Source: Klebsormidium nitens
Taxonomy: Eukaryota; Plantae; Klebsormidiophyceae
DNA length: 64,000 nucleotides
Assembly (NCBI GenBank): GCA_000708835.1
Contig: DF237334.1
Location: 25,316-89,315, forward strand
Direction of reading: 5' to 3'
Part shown: positions 24,297 to 44,400 of the stretch, in pieces
Layout of the letters: each line of letters opens with the position of its first letter
Numbering within the stretch: position 1 is the stretch's first letter
Notes under the pieces: model-generated
Database searches by the model: none
What the model saw: the letters and a program-made list of their open reading frames with translations, nothing else
Told to the model about the DNA's origin: nothing
Translations under genes and position numbers: made by a program

Positions 24297-27200
24297 ATGT
24301 CAGCATCGGATGACTCCCCAGGGATTGAGCCGGTAAGCAATGGTGCATTTCAACATTGAGTTGATGCCTGTTCTGCAGCACAATGTGTTCTGATGCGATA
24401 TTGCCTGGTAGCAGAAGCAGTTGCCTAAAAGGTTTGATTTCCCTCAAGATTGCTATAATGGCGGCCAGATCTTGCATAAGTACTTTTCCCTGTGCCTCTG
24501 CCTTCTATCAATTGTTTCTGAAAGGATTTATATGCGGAGGGAGGATTCCGCTACCGGATTGTGCCGCACCAGCCACATTGCATTCCTCCCTATGCTTACC
24601 ACGTAGGCCTGTCATTAGCACGGGAGCCGGTTCGCTCAGAAGCCCTCCTTCTGGCGATCAGAGCTTGCACGTTCATACAAAGCCTAGGAATCTCTTCAGG
24701 GTGGTCGAGCAGATGGGAGCGCCCTGACGCAATAAATGCACATATTGATACGTTTTGAGTTATTCATTAACCTGATGTTCAGGAATCCTGTACTGTGCTC
24801 ATGACTGGTGGTTTACAGCCACCAAACATGTCACAACGCCGCTAGTCTATAGCAAGGTCAAATCGCTTCAATCGATTTGGCCCTTCTCTATATGCACGAT
24901 GGATGTGGCCAGACAATTGCAAGTTTGTAAATCTATACTCTACAATTATCAGCGGGGGAAAAGGACGGACTGGATTTGATTGTCGTTTCAGATGCAGGAA
25001 GAAGAGAAAGTTTCGCCAGAGCTGATGAAAGCGCTCCATGGGACGGGGCCCAAGCTGACGTTCTGGCCGCTTGTCGCGCTCATCTACTTTGAGGTGAGGA
25101 GCACAGTGCAGCATACTTTTCTGTGGCCAGCGTCGCGACTAAGGAAGTGGAGCTACAACAGCCCGTTCACAAGGTTTGCAGCCGAGAGGTCCGCCTGAGA
25201 CTTGTAGCTCACAGCGATTTGCCTCTTGTGAACATGCCGGTTGACCAAGTTATTTGGCAATTGTGATGGTTGCCAAGGTGCTTCTATAGAAAAAGTAGCT
25301 GCTTCTTGAGAACGATCGCTCCAGAGATTGGCAACTTGCGTTGTTCTCAAATCTCGATAATTATTCTATGAAAGCGTTTTCTTAAGGAGTGGCTGCTGGC
25401 CGAGCATCGTTGTGCCCCTTTCGACTGGGCCACTCTACGGATCTGGACGAATCATTGCGCAAAAGGCAACACTGCTTCCTTCCGAGAATCCTGATTCTTC
25501 CAGGTCGCCGGATATGGCGGAATGGCAAGCATTGGGCGTGGTCCGAACTGCAATTGCCTCAATCGTGCCAGCCTCTTCAAGCGCTGGCCTGCACCATCAT
25601 TGACAATAACGTGGGGCCTTTCTGTCGCTAAGAGTACTCGACTTTTCGAACCAGGTTTCGGGGGGTCCTTACGGGGTGGAGGATGTGGTCGGAGCTGGGG
25701 GCCCGCTCCTAGCCATCCTAGGCTTCCTCGTCTTTCCGCTCGTAAGTGTTCCCACATCGGTTACTGTCCAAATAGTGACCCGTCGTCATCTTACCCAGGC
25801 TGTAGGTCCATCGATATCAGAGCCTGGCTTTCATCATACGACCACAAGCTCAACATGTACTAAGAAACCACATCAGAAACTGTTGTCCGGCAGACTCTGA
25901 TGGGACTAATATTCCGGAATCGTCCCTAAGCATAGGGAGAGCTCCCCTCTTGCGCAGCTTTCTTGTCCGCAGCAGCCGCTCACAAGCTCTCTCCCGCAGG
26001 TCTGGAGCGTTCCAGAGGCTCTGGTGACGGCAGAGCTTGCCACGGCCTTCCCGGAGAACGGCGGCTACGTGGTCTGGGTGACCGCCGCGTTCGGGGAGTT
26101 CTGGGGGTTCCAGGTACGGCCCGCTTCCGATGCTTCGCCTCGTTCCGCTTTTTGATTTTCCAAGTCTACTCCACTTATCCACTTCGCTGGCGTCCGTTTC
26201 CGTCGTGACCCCTGCAACACTTCCACGAGGCCAAGCATGGACATCGCTTCGAAGTACATGTCTCTGTAGGCGAGAAGAAACCGCCCTTTTGAGCACACGA
26301 ACATCTCGTGGGGGCGGCGCCGTTGTGGTACGCTATCAAGCCCCGAATTCCGATGCAATCACCCTAGCAATGGGGGGAAAAGGACAGAAGCCTGGGACAA
26401 GTGTGCACGCCAGGGAAACGGGGGCCATTCATGATTTCCGCTGACTGATTTGAACCCGCCACTTGTCCTTGCGTGCAGCAAGGGTGGTGGAAGTGGCTGA
26501 GCGGCGTGATCGACAACTCGCTGTATGCGGTCCTCTTCTTGGACTATACCAAGTCGGTCGTCCCTGCACTTGGGGGGGGCTTTGGCCGGGTCGTCAGTCT
26601 GAACGTCATCGTGTTTGTAAGTCCGCTTGTCCCTCGCGTTTTCTCTCCCTAGCAACACACCTTTGCGCGTGGGTGGTGTCACTCTGGAGTTGCGAGGTGC
26701 ATGTTCTTATTGCGTGCTTTAGCCATGTAGTGCCAACGCGTAAGGTACCTAGGGGAGCTCGAAGTCCCTCCGCCGATGCCTGCCTCTCAGTTACTGGAAA
26801 GATTATCAATGAGATAAGATCCCACTTCTTCTCTATTCACCCCGCTGGCCCTTGTGTCGGCGGCTGAACATATCAAAAAGCAGCCCACCTATGAAAGCGG
26901 CCCGGATTTAGCGGAGTTCCGCCTTTCCTGCCTGCCACTTGCAAACCCCGTCACTCAATCACTCTGTTCTCAAACGAGCCCCTGTATCTGTCTGCCATCT
27001 GCCGACTTCATAAGCTTTCAAACGAACCCCATGAATATGCCTGCAACCTCTTTATCAGCTCTGAGAACCCCATAGTTTTTTTAACTTATCCCAGCTATTT
27101 CCTGCCTGCCAGCTGCTAACCTACCTTAACTACCGCGGCCTGACCATTGTCGGTTCTACTGCGGTCGCCCTCGGCATCTTCGGCTTTCTCCCGTTCATCG

Positions 27201-30200
27201 CCCTCGCTCTAGTTGCCATCCCGAGGATTCGGCCTAGTCGGTGGTGAGCACCCCCGCTGATCCTATCTCGACGTTCGATGTCAAACGTCCTTCGACAAGG
27301 GGGTATGCAGTCAGATTGCAGTTCTTCGTTGGTGGATGCAACAATTATCTATCCCTTTGCTCCTTGCTGTCGCTTTGGTTTTACAAGACGCGCACTAAAG
27401 CTTTGCTTTTGCCGTGGAACTTCCTGTTGTTGCAAGAAACGCGTGCATGACACGAAGCATGTCCTCGACGGTCCGAAATCCGTTGGCTCAGTCGAGTCCA
27501 TTCGCGGCTTGCTCGCGGTCGATGGGGTTCAGATACGGCACTTTGTTTCGACGGAACTAACTAAAGTCGTTGATTCTGAAGCTGCTCTAGTAACTTGAGG
27601 AGTTCCTGTAAAGTCGGAACGGTCCAAATGCCAACCCATCACGAATGTTAACAATCTCGACCTTGTTAAAACACACAACTGAGGTGACTCCAGCACCTCG
27701 TCTCGGCTGAGTAGAATCTTACCAGGAATGATTTGCTGACCAATAACGGTTGCTTTTGCTTCTGTTTGCAGGTTCGAGTACCCCCGAAGCCAAGTTTCCT
27801 GGCGGGGTTACATGAACAGCATCTTCTGGAACCTCAATTATTGGGACAGCGTCAGGTGAGCTGAGCTTTCGTTCGCAGGGCTTGGCAGGCCCCTCCAAGC
27901 CACGAGATTCGTTTTCCCTATACGCTTTCCGTAGAATTCTTGAGCTCACAAACACTTCGACGCCCCTCGTTGTTCTAAACACGTAGCGCAGTGCATAAGA
28001 AGCGGGCTGCTCCTCGTTGATATTGAACAGGACCGCAAAGCTCATATTGTGTCACGGCTCTCAAATCCAACTTCTAAAAGACAACCGTAGACCCGATTGA
28101 ACCCAAACCTCAAACCCCAACCCTCAGACCCGGATATAATCGTCAGACCCAGACTTTTGAATCAAACTCCGAATTCCATCTCAAACCTCAGACCCGAAAA
28201 CGAGATCCAAACCCAGTCCTCAAACCAACCCCAAATCTCAGACCGTAAACCCACCCCGTGCAGCACGCTGGCCGGCGAGGTCGAGAAGCCGCGGCGGGTC
28301 CTCCCGCGCGCGCTCTTCGTGGCGGTCGTGCTCGTCGTCACGAGCTACCTGCTTCCGCTCATGGTGGGCACCGGCGCCGCCCCGGTGATCCTGGAGCAGT
28401 GGCACGACGGGCACTTTGCGCAGGTCGCGTACTCGCTCGGGGGGCCAGTGCTGCGCTGGTGGCTCGTCTTTGCTGCCGCGTCGTCCAACATCGGGATGTT
28501 TGAGGCGGAGATGAGCAGGTGAGGGGGTCGCTGGGTTGAGTGCGGTCCGTGTTGCTGGATCGAGTTTTGTGGATCTGAATGGGGGAGGATGAAGTTGAAG
28601 GCTCGAGGCAGTGTCAAGAGGTGGGCATGGGAGGATGGGAATGACTGCTTAGATGGCCGGATTCGTTTGGTGGAAGCATGAGCTGGAATGCGATACTCGA
28701 TCATTCGGGCTGGATACGAATTGCTGAACGTACCTCCTAGAGTGAGGAGCTGAATGTATCCAAGTGGAGCGTTCGGCTGGGCTCGGTGATAAAACGGGTG
28801 TTACTGTACGTCCATGTTCGCTCCTGATTGGCATCAGCCTGGGTTGGGAGCACAATGCAAGGGCTCCGCGGATGTGAACTGCTCGCTTGTTCGCTTGTTC
28901 GCTGCTGGTTAAATATCCCGTTTGACTTTCACTTCAGCGCCGCACCGAGCTTCTCCTTCGGCTGCCATGCATTTCAAGGCCGTGTCCCTTCAAAACTCGG
29001 GCTTGAAGCAACTCATGCGCCTCGACCCTGGGCCCCCCACAAACGACACAACGAAACGCCCCTGAAGACGTATATAAGCGATGATCCATGACCAAGTCCC
29101 TCAAGCCTGCAACGTGCACCTCGTCATGAAGTCTCGCCGAGAAGGGTCGGAGAAGTAACGGTCAGACGGAACACAAGGTTATAGACGGGGTCGGCGAATT
29201 TGAAGAGCCCGTACCTCGGCACAGACGTACCACTCGATCCTTCTTCTCTGCAGCGACTCGTTCCAGCTGCTGGGCATGAGCGAGCGCGGCATGCTGCCCG
29301 AGTTCTTCGCGATCCGCAGCCGCCACGGCACCCCGACGGCCGCCATCCTCTTCTCCGCCAGCGGCGTCCTCCTCCTCTCGTGGATGAACTTCTCGCAGGT
29401 GACCGCTCGCGCTTTCGCTTGTTTGCAATCTAAGAAGCCGGGTCCGCCGGATGTCTGAGAACCGGGTGACTTTGAGAATCGTATCAGCGTTTGTGTCGGC
29501 GTTTCGGTATCAGCTATCACTTGGAAAGCGTTCGAGGCGTTTGGCAGACTGACTAACTTCTAGAGTAATCATTATCGTCTGTGACCGCTCTTTGCTTCGA
29601 AATTGAAGTCTTTGGCAGGCCAAGCGAATGTTTTGTTTCTGACGCAGGCCAAGTGAACGGTTTGTTTCTGACGAGATCGAACACTCGCATGGGAGATTGG
29701 CGTTGCCGGTTCGAGTAGCACTTCGGGAACTAGACTGTGAACCTTCTCATCTCAAAAGTCGGTTAGAAAGAAGCTGGCGGGCGTTGCAGCCTTGTATTTT
29801 GGAGTAGCAAACACGTTTCCGGGCTTCGACAGCTGGATTGGAGGGGCTATTGGGCGAGTCAGTCAGCGAATGTTAAAGCAATTCTCGGTTCCTTCTCTCT
29901 TTGACCGCAGTCCTTGTGCGCTCTCCAGCTTCTGCTTCAGTGCGCTCGTCCTTCAACAGATTCCAATTCGGATTCAGCTTGCTTAATCGTCTTTGAGTCT
30001 CATCCAGTCCATCTTCAAGTTTTCCTAACTGCTGCAATAGTGTCCCTTAGATGCTGTTTTGAATGTACCGCTTCGGTTCTTCCAAAAGCATCCCCCACAC
30101 GACCCGTATGTGACCCTACTACTCCAAATCTGGTGGCTTTCTATCTTACATGCTCTCAATTCGCACCGGCCTTTCCAGATCGTGGAGCTGTTGAACTTCC

Positions 30201-31511
30201 TCTACTGCCTGGGGATGGTGCTCGAGTTTGCGGCCTTTATCTGGCTCCGAATAAAGGAACCCGACCTGGAGCGGCCTTACATGTAACGCCTCTGCTCACT
30301 CGATCTCTCTAAACCAGAGAGTTTTCTCTTTCTTGCTTGTGCTGTTCTCTTCTGCCGGTTGCCGTGTCTGTGTCGAACAGCTTCATTGCATATCTTTCTG
30401 ATCGTCGTCGGGTTTATTTTAAAACTATCGAGGCTCTCCAGAAACGGCAACCACGTCTCCAGGCCGTTGGTCGACCTCTCTGAAGTGTTAAGCCTGCAGT
30501 ATGTCCAGTCAAAGATAAACGCAACCGCAGAGTCTACTTCTACCACGCGTCGCAAGAAGAAAGAGAATGCCTACGTAGCCCTGTGAGGAGCTTAGAAACC
30601 ACGAAAATGTGTTATACCTACAGTAGGTCCAGTCGAAAATCAAACGTTGATCAGTGCACTTGTGCTGTGGACACGTGTGAAAGTACGTTGAAAAATATTC
30701 GCTTGCGTTGTATGCGACTGAGCCACCCCGTCCACCGTCAGGGTTCCGCTCAACACCACGGGGGTGATCATAATGTCCGCCATTCCGGTGTCCGTGCTCA
30801 TCTGGGTCATGAGCCTCGCCTCCTACTATACCGTGGCCATCAGGTGAGGTCCCCCTCCGAACAACGAATGCGTTGACCTCAGTGGTTGGATAAGACGGCT
30901 TTGGCCTCAAAGACCGTTGATGTTATCTAGCCAATCGGACCGAGCTCGGATCATTAGGATCACACAAAAAGCGGGAAGACAAGAGCGACTGCAAAACCTC
31001 GTTGCTCTGGAAGCTCCCCGTGATGTCGCTGGCTTGAAAGTATGACCTAACGTCAAGCAAGTCCTTACGCCGTTGCTGCGCGTGTTCTTGTTGCTCGGCC
31101 GCACCGGCTGCCTTTGCGCTCTTTTAAAAGTCGCCTTTGCCTGTATGCGGGCGACTTGTCGCCTCATAAGCCGCTAGCTTATTTGAAGGAGTCATAAGCC
31201 AGTCATAAGTCATAAGTTCTGGCCCAGAAGCCAGAACTACGCCACCTATACAACTCCTTCATGAGCGCTCCTCTATCCCTTGTTTTCGCAGCCTGGTGGC
31301 TAGCGTGATCGGATTTGGGCTCCACCCACTGCTCGTTCTAGCAAAAAGGCACCGGTGGTGCAAGTTTTTGGTCGATCCGGGCCTTCCGGATCTAGATCAC
31401 TTGGAGCACGAACATGTAGCAACCCCGGGAGATAGCTCCGAAGATAGTGGGCCCAGTCGAGGCGAGGATGCTCGACCAATGCTGAGCGATCCGAGAGGAT
31501 CTGAAGGTTGA
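24297..31511 (+). CDS. Polyamine uptake transporter (PUT/RMV1/LAT family, APC superfamily), 12 exons, about 505 aa
   Basis: Exons 24297-24332 (tentative [12 protein letters not shown]), 24992-25093, 25655-25741, 26000-26113, 26479-26616, 27113-27243, 27772-27855, 28264-28518, 29254-29398, 30179-30282, 30742-30843, 31292-31511; phases consistent, 1518 nt. Motifs: [105 protein letters not shown]...PDLERPY. Confidence 0.93.
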
Positions 31512-32469
31512 ATCAATTGGACAGGGACTCGTCGGAAGCTTCGTAATGCTTTTGCACCTTCGACACTGTAATCCGTGTTAGCACACCTACTACTGCCCCA
31601 ACGGTTTCTGCACGGGATGGAATGCGCTTGCAGTTCTACAACGGACTCAATCAACGGTCACAATGTTCCAATTTTGACCGGCCGATCCGCCCTGCACCAA
31701 GTTTCCTAGTGTCGACATCACATGGGGATTCGCGTATGTGGCCGGCTTAGTAGCCCTGTCATTGATTCTGCATCGACTGCATGTGTATCCCTGTGCACAT
31801 GCATTCTTAAGGTCTACGATCTCTAGCAACGGCCGACCCCACATGTGCACTTACTCTGTGGTGATCGTGAACATCAGTGACATGTATAAGAGCCGCTAAT
31901 GGATGTTGCTGCCATTGGCACACGCCCCGTCCAAGCCGGTACCATGCCAGCCTATACACACCGCGCATGATGCAGCTTACTGCAAGTAGGCTAGGACCGG
32001 TTGCATTCAATCCGTTCAAATGAGTAGATTGCAATTCACATGTCGGTCAGTGTCAACAATGCCATGACGGTCGCGGGGACTGAAACTGAAAACATGATGA
32101 CGTACTCAAGGATTCGCAGATATGCAGTCCGGACTCCGGACCAAATTCGGTGGAAAATAGGATGAGCTGAAGATGGATTAAGGCGCAACTCTTTTATAAG
32201 CAATATAATCCCGCATTAAACCAGAATTCACAGAAAAATAACCTTGTCTATGTCATCAGTCAGCTTGCAATCTATGGTTATCATGGTCACATTTTGCATG
32301 TCCTCCCTATAATTTTATCTCCTTGTTGCCGTCCATCTTTCGCTCAACTCAGAAGCTACAGCCCATTGTAGAAGTTTTGGTATGCGCCAGCAATATCAAC
32401 CTACCTACGCATCGCATTCTTGTCTTATTTCCGCAGCATAGCAGCTGCTGAAAAAATGTTTAATGTGAA

Positions 32470-38401
<5,932 letters not shown>

Positions 38402-41400
38402 TGCGAATTGTTCTGGCGATGCTCCCAAAGAGGTGGATTCCCACAGTTGAAGCGCTTTTCGAGAGGTGATGACAGATTTAGGAGCTGATCAGAACGTCGA
38501 ATGCCAGCCGTCTGCTGTGTTCTGGACTCTGCAGAGCCAAGTTTTCCTTGTATTACTAGGGGTGACGGTGACGGATTTTAATTCCGCGGGGGGTCGGATT
38601 CGGTAGGCAAGTTTCGATGTCGCCTGCTGAAATAGACCCCCGGCAACCCGTAAATCGATCATAAGAATATTCAAAACCTGCCGTGGTCGCCGCGAACCCC
38701 AGCCAAATTGAAGTGCTCGGGGTGTGATCCTCGAAAGCCACTTCGGACCGTCCGATTTTCAGCGGGCCACGCGGACGCCGAGTCCGAGGCTGGGCCCGAG
38801 TGAAAGCCGTCCGCAAGGGAGGAGGAAGGCAGCTGCTGGAGCTCAGCAGAAGGGCTCTTCCGCAAGCTCATGACCAGAATGGCTGCCCTCCTAGCTGCCT
38901 CCCAGCGCCCCATAGAGCTTCCCTCGAGCTTCTCTCAAGCTCGGACATGTTCAAGGGATGTTTCTAGCCTTGTAGAATTGCATCCAGGGCAATCTTGCAG
39001 GCAAATGCTTCAGACAAACAGGAGAGCGCCTCTGGCTGGCAGCCATGGCGGCGGTCTCCGAGCTTCCCCTTCCTGTCCCAAGACTCTTTTGACACTCTGA
39101 AAGTTCCTAAGTGCTGGACATGGTTCTTGCAAGGTTTGCTGGCATTCACGAGTGTCAGAATGTCTTGGGCGACCAGGTAGTCGACTCCATTTCCATGGTG
39201 GACACCCGTCGCCAGCACCTTCAGTCTGCTGACCTTTTAGATCTCATGACAGAGTCCCTTTCGACGCTTCTCCATGCCGAGGAAGGTAGATAATGGTAAT
39301 TAAAGACAATGTCTCCAAGGAGTTACATCCAATGGGTGTCAAACATGGAAGCTGAAGCTCTAAGCAAGTATGCCTGGTTAGGAAGCCATTGCTAGATAAG
39401 GAAGCACGACTGCCTTCCTCAACCTAGCCTCAACCAGCAACTTGACCTTCTTCCTCTTTCAGCCACGTAAGCGTTACGACTGTAACGCCCCGGGCACTCG
39501 CATCACAGCCTTAATTCAAGCTTTGCCCCTGAATATCGAAATATGTTGGCAGAATCGCAAGAAATTTTTGCCTGGGGCGCAATTATCGCCGGGGTGTTGC
39601 GCTAGAGTGAGAATCTACGCACCCGTAGACTCGGTCAACCCCCCGAAATTATTCCGTCATCCCTAGTATTACACTGACAGTGTCAGTGTACAGTCAAGTA
39701 AGTACCTAGCTTGCTTGCAGCAGCGAGTGCTTTAGGGCGATGCCCTCTCCGGCCAGCAGATTCTGCATGCATTCAACTGTAGGATAGCTCTCAGCGAGAA
39801 TGGTTGTAGGAACGTTTCCCGGTTTAGCAAGCCATTACCGTAATCTCCGACACGTGTGCGAGATCCAATGGATCCTGCGGAGTCGCAGGGCAAATCAGAA
39901 TCTCGGAAACAAGGCCACCCAATCATTGCCACCAGGGCGTCACGGTTGACCGGTACCTAATTGAGACGGTTCGGCCGTTGCAACTTTCGATTGTAATAAT
40001 AGATTATAGTAGCCTGTAGGTATCCCAAATTGCCTCGGATATTGTTCAGCCGGGCGCGCTGGGCTGATACGCGCCGCCCATGGCAGCTCTTCGTGACTGC
40101 CGGCCGGGCCACGTAGGTACGTCGCCGCCACTGGTTGAGGTCGTGGAAACATACCACCAGGTGAAGCCGGGACCGTCTAATGTATCTACCGGCTGACATC
40201 GAGCGCCGGCCGCGGGGTGCCTTGTTGACCCGACCGGTTGAACCCGGCCGCTGTTGGCCCCGGGCTCGGATTTCGGCATGGTTGGTCAATGGTATCATGC
40301 TGGTTGCCAGCTTATGCAATTGTTCTCCAAGCACTGCTGTGGACGCCGCCCTGGGGGTGATCTCGACCGTACGGCAAACATGGCTTGCGAGCGTGCAAGC
40401 TCCCACGTAGCAAACCGCAAGATGAGAACACATGAATCCTAACTGTCAGGTAATCCGACGGATGAGGTTGGCGAATAGCCGCCAAGGACTGCCCACCATC
40501 CGTGGATTCCGTACCATCCGCCATTATTGCACCCCCCCAAACAGCCTGACCCTCAGGAGTGAGTCGGGCCCCCGGGCCCCCACCTCCGCAAATGTGGGTA
40601 CCAGGATATTACCTACACCGGTGGAATTTTGGGTATCCCACCTACAGTATTCGACTGACCGGTTGTATGCCAACATGCATGAGGAATCAAGATAAACCTG
40701 GGTTAAAACCTGAACTAACCTGGGGTATCATTCACAGCTTTAATGGTAGTTATACGATGTGTTATGATACTGTAACCCTCCGCCGTACCATCGAGCCGTC
40801 CATTACCCCGTCTCTCGTATCATCGAGGGCGTACAGAAGGTAGTTGTGACTTCGTGGTTTGTGCTCCATCTGTACTGTGCGGCGTGCGGGTCTAGGTATC
40901 AAAGCTGACCGTCCTCTAAGATTTTGAATGTATCTCCATGAGCTGGCTGCTGTTGCCGTCGGCGTCGGTGTTCACCCGTGACCGGCGCCGACTGGAAATG
41001 ATCGTGATTCGTTCTGAAAAGTGACCCAGCCGGGGCCAGCAACTGCCCAAGCTCACCTCTTGCAATTGGCGTGCTGCGCTAGTGACCCAGATATCGCATG
41101 ATGCCATTCATGGCCATGGCTTTTCCCTCAGGCATGCTCTTCAAGTCCTTTAGTCACCGAACTTATGGTGTACAGCATTTAGCATCACTAGCCGCCAGAA
41201 GAGTTGTGCTTTTGAGTTTCAGTTGGCACTTAGAGAACATCTAGCGTTGCTGGATACACCCGCGAAGCACTTACGAGCGTGGACCTCAGGAGATCCCAAG
41301 AGGGAATAAGCTGGGAGGAGCTGGTACATGTTGAAAATGCTGAAAGGAACTATGACATGTTGACTGAATGCCGTCTTGAACTGCTGGGCGTTCTGCTAAA

Positions 41401-41493
41401 CTGATTGAGGGTTTTAAGAGAGGTTCTGAACATGGCTGATTGAAGGAGCGCCCAAACGCCTCGGCCCTCGAAGGAAATCGCAGGGTTGTCACA

Positions 41494-44400
41494 ATGGCGG
41501 CGCAAGTTAGTCACAGATGGACTCTGTTCTGGGCGCTGCTGCTCGGTGCCTTAGTAAATGTGGTGCGGGCAGAGACGAACAGGAAGCTGCTGGGCGCTGC
41601 AGGGGTCGCGGCGGACACCTGTCATTGCGAGAAGGTGAGGAGTGCAATGATCATGCAGCGACCCTGGCAAATCTCTCCCAGCTTGAAGGCACAGGCTGAT
41701 GGAGAGCTCTTAAGAGAAGCGACCCAAGTTTCCACAATAGCTGACCCGGGACGCGCTCAACAGAGCATTCTCGAGTTCATTCTGAGGTCCATCAGCTACG
41801 ATTGAAATGTCTCGGATGTCAGGTGTGTGGCGCCATGGCAAAACGTTGAGAAGCAGCACCTGCTTCAAACCTTCCTTACGGACAGATAGTTTGAGGATGT
41901 AGGGCTTGTTTACCATCTTTACGCCGATCAGCTGGTTCGAACTCCTGACATCAGAACGTCCACCCAAGATTCTGCTGAAGCTACACTTGTAAGATCAGGT
42001 GTATTTCAAGGCGTTGTTGTTGGCGGCCAGTGATTGTCTAGCAGTCCGCTGACAAACTCTGGGGCTCAAGAGGCGTGGCCTTGACACATATATTGCCGCT
42101 GCACTGCCCATCGGATGCGCCCCTTGGTCTACCAGAGTTTCTGGTTGTTCCCTCATTGAGACGTGCTCTCCATTTGATCAATGGGCAAAGCCCACCTTTC
42201 GAACAGCCATTAGGGTTCTGGATTCATGAATCTGTCCGTCATGAGGTCACTAGCAGGCGGTTACTGGCAGAGAGGCTTGTCACATGGCATTAGCTTACAT
42301 GACTTTGTTATTGGAAGGCAAGGGTTCGACGCTTGTGCAAGCGTAGAACTCAAGAGTTTGGTGGTCTCGATGTAGGAAACAAGTTTTTAGGAGGAATGGG
42401 GTTCTTGTCGCTTGCTTCTCAAGGCAAGCAGGGTGCCTCTGTGCAGAGTCTTTCTTGGCCGCCCTTGCAATGTTGCTTCTGGCCGTATGTGTCGCACCTC
42501 TGGATGTAGACACTGGGGTGTCATCTGCGTTCCAATGCCCTCCACATATTCAGAGAGCCGTTTGGATGCAAAAGGCTAGTGGATTCATCATCTTGCTGGT
42601 GAAGGGTAAAGTTGCATTCACCTGGGACTTCCTGGCGTTTCTTTGTTTTGAGCGATGTGCAGGCTTGTCTGCTCGGTGTTCGACGCTTTTTTACAAAGTC
42701 AGTTCATTGTTGATTTGGAAGAACACCGTCTCTTTGAACTTGCTTTTCTGGGAAGTGAAGTCATTTGAGATTGAGAGCCGCAAGACTGTGGGAAGGACCG
42801 GAGTTTGTTTCTCTGAAGGGAAGCTTGCTGCCAGGATGGGGCAGCATTCCCTTTTTGATTCCCCTTCGTGTTGTGCGTTTTGGTAGTTTATGCGGAGGTG
42901 GTGGTGCATTGTTTCAGAGGATTTCAATTTCAGAGGCCCAGTGTTTGGTTCAAAAAGGTGCCCTTGAATGCAGCGCCACTGTTTTCGGCCCAGTTGTTTA
43001 CCCTGGGCTCCAGCAATTTAGGTCAGCTCGAGGTGACGCTTACTCCTATTCAGTGCGTCCACTGCCGGTATTTAAATTGCCCCGTGTCTGAGAGAAGTGG
43101 CTTTGTCAGGCTGCTCTCCGGCACAGGCTCTGCATACGTTTTAGATTAATCTTGGTGAAGACGACAAGGGGTTGGTACATCAACAGGCTCGCCCTGTATG
43201 CTCTCTTTTGTGCTGAGCAACGCTTTCCTGCTAGGCAAGGCTTCCTGCACATACCAGCCTTAAATCATCTAACTTTTGCACAGTCTAGCTGGGTAATCCG
43301 AAGATCCTAACGGATTCGACCCATGATACAAAACTGAGGGGAGAAAGAACTGCCCTGCCTCTGCAGCGCCCAATGTCATCTGCTCGTGTTGGTTCCATAG
43401 CTACATTGCTTTCTGGCGCCCTTACTCTCCGACCCCTGGTCTGTGCAATCCCAAACCCCCTTATAAGCATACCCGGGGTTTGAAAATGTTCCAAGTCTCC
43501 GTTCCTTACGACCTTTTGCCTCTGTCCAAGCCCTATCCTTATGCCCCTCGCTTCTCAAAGCTTATCCCCTCAAACGAATCCCCTCTCCACATTACGCAGG
43601 TGTACTGGGCCATCGACGACAGCTTTGCCAGGTGGCAGCTCGTGAGCGACTTCTTCATCGCCGTGGCCTACTTCTCGATCCCGGTGGAGCTCATCTACTT
43701 CGTGCACAAGAGCCAGGTGTTCCCGTTCAAGTGGATCCTCTGGCAGTTCGGCGCGTTCATCATCCTGTGCGGCCTCACTCATCGTGAGTCGTTACTTTAG
43801 GTGCTTTAGGGTCTTGCATTATGTGGACCGGGGCTCTTGAGGGCTGGGAATTCAAAGGGACCTTTGAGGGAGTCCTCCATCAGCCTCGGCATATTTGCCG
43901 AGCTAGAGCCCCAGGGCAAACCTATGGGGGACGTTTTGCAAAAGTTCGCGGTTGTACGAGCTTTTGGGGCGTGGTCTTTCAGCACACAAGGAGGTTCGGG
44001 GCAGCACCTGGCGAGTCCAGTACTTCCCATCCCAGCACCTTAGCGCTTGACGCTTTGGAGTTGAAAGAAGCGCCTTCTTCATCCACTGCGGCCCCCTTCA
44101 CCATGTCAGGGCAGTAGTCTTAGAGTAGCTTAGGCCTCGTTTTGTGGGTCCTACGTGTCAGTGTCTCAGTCTTATTTTCATAAGCGGAGGCTAAATCAAT
44201 CGATTAGAGGAGCGGACATGCTGAAGGCCTAGTTTTTGAGCAACGCAAGCCCCTTCCTGCAACAATCAGGCACTGACGCCGAACGAGCAACGCCGATGCG
44301 ACGGGGAAGCGGGCCGTGCAACATACCAAACCCGAATCTTCTTCGACTGCAGTCATTGCAATGTTCTGCTACGGTCCCCACAGCTACACCATCATGCTGG

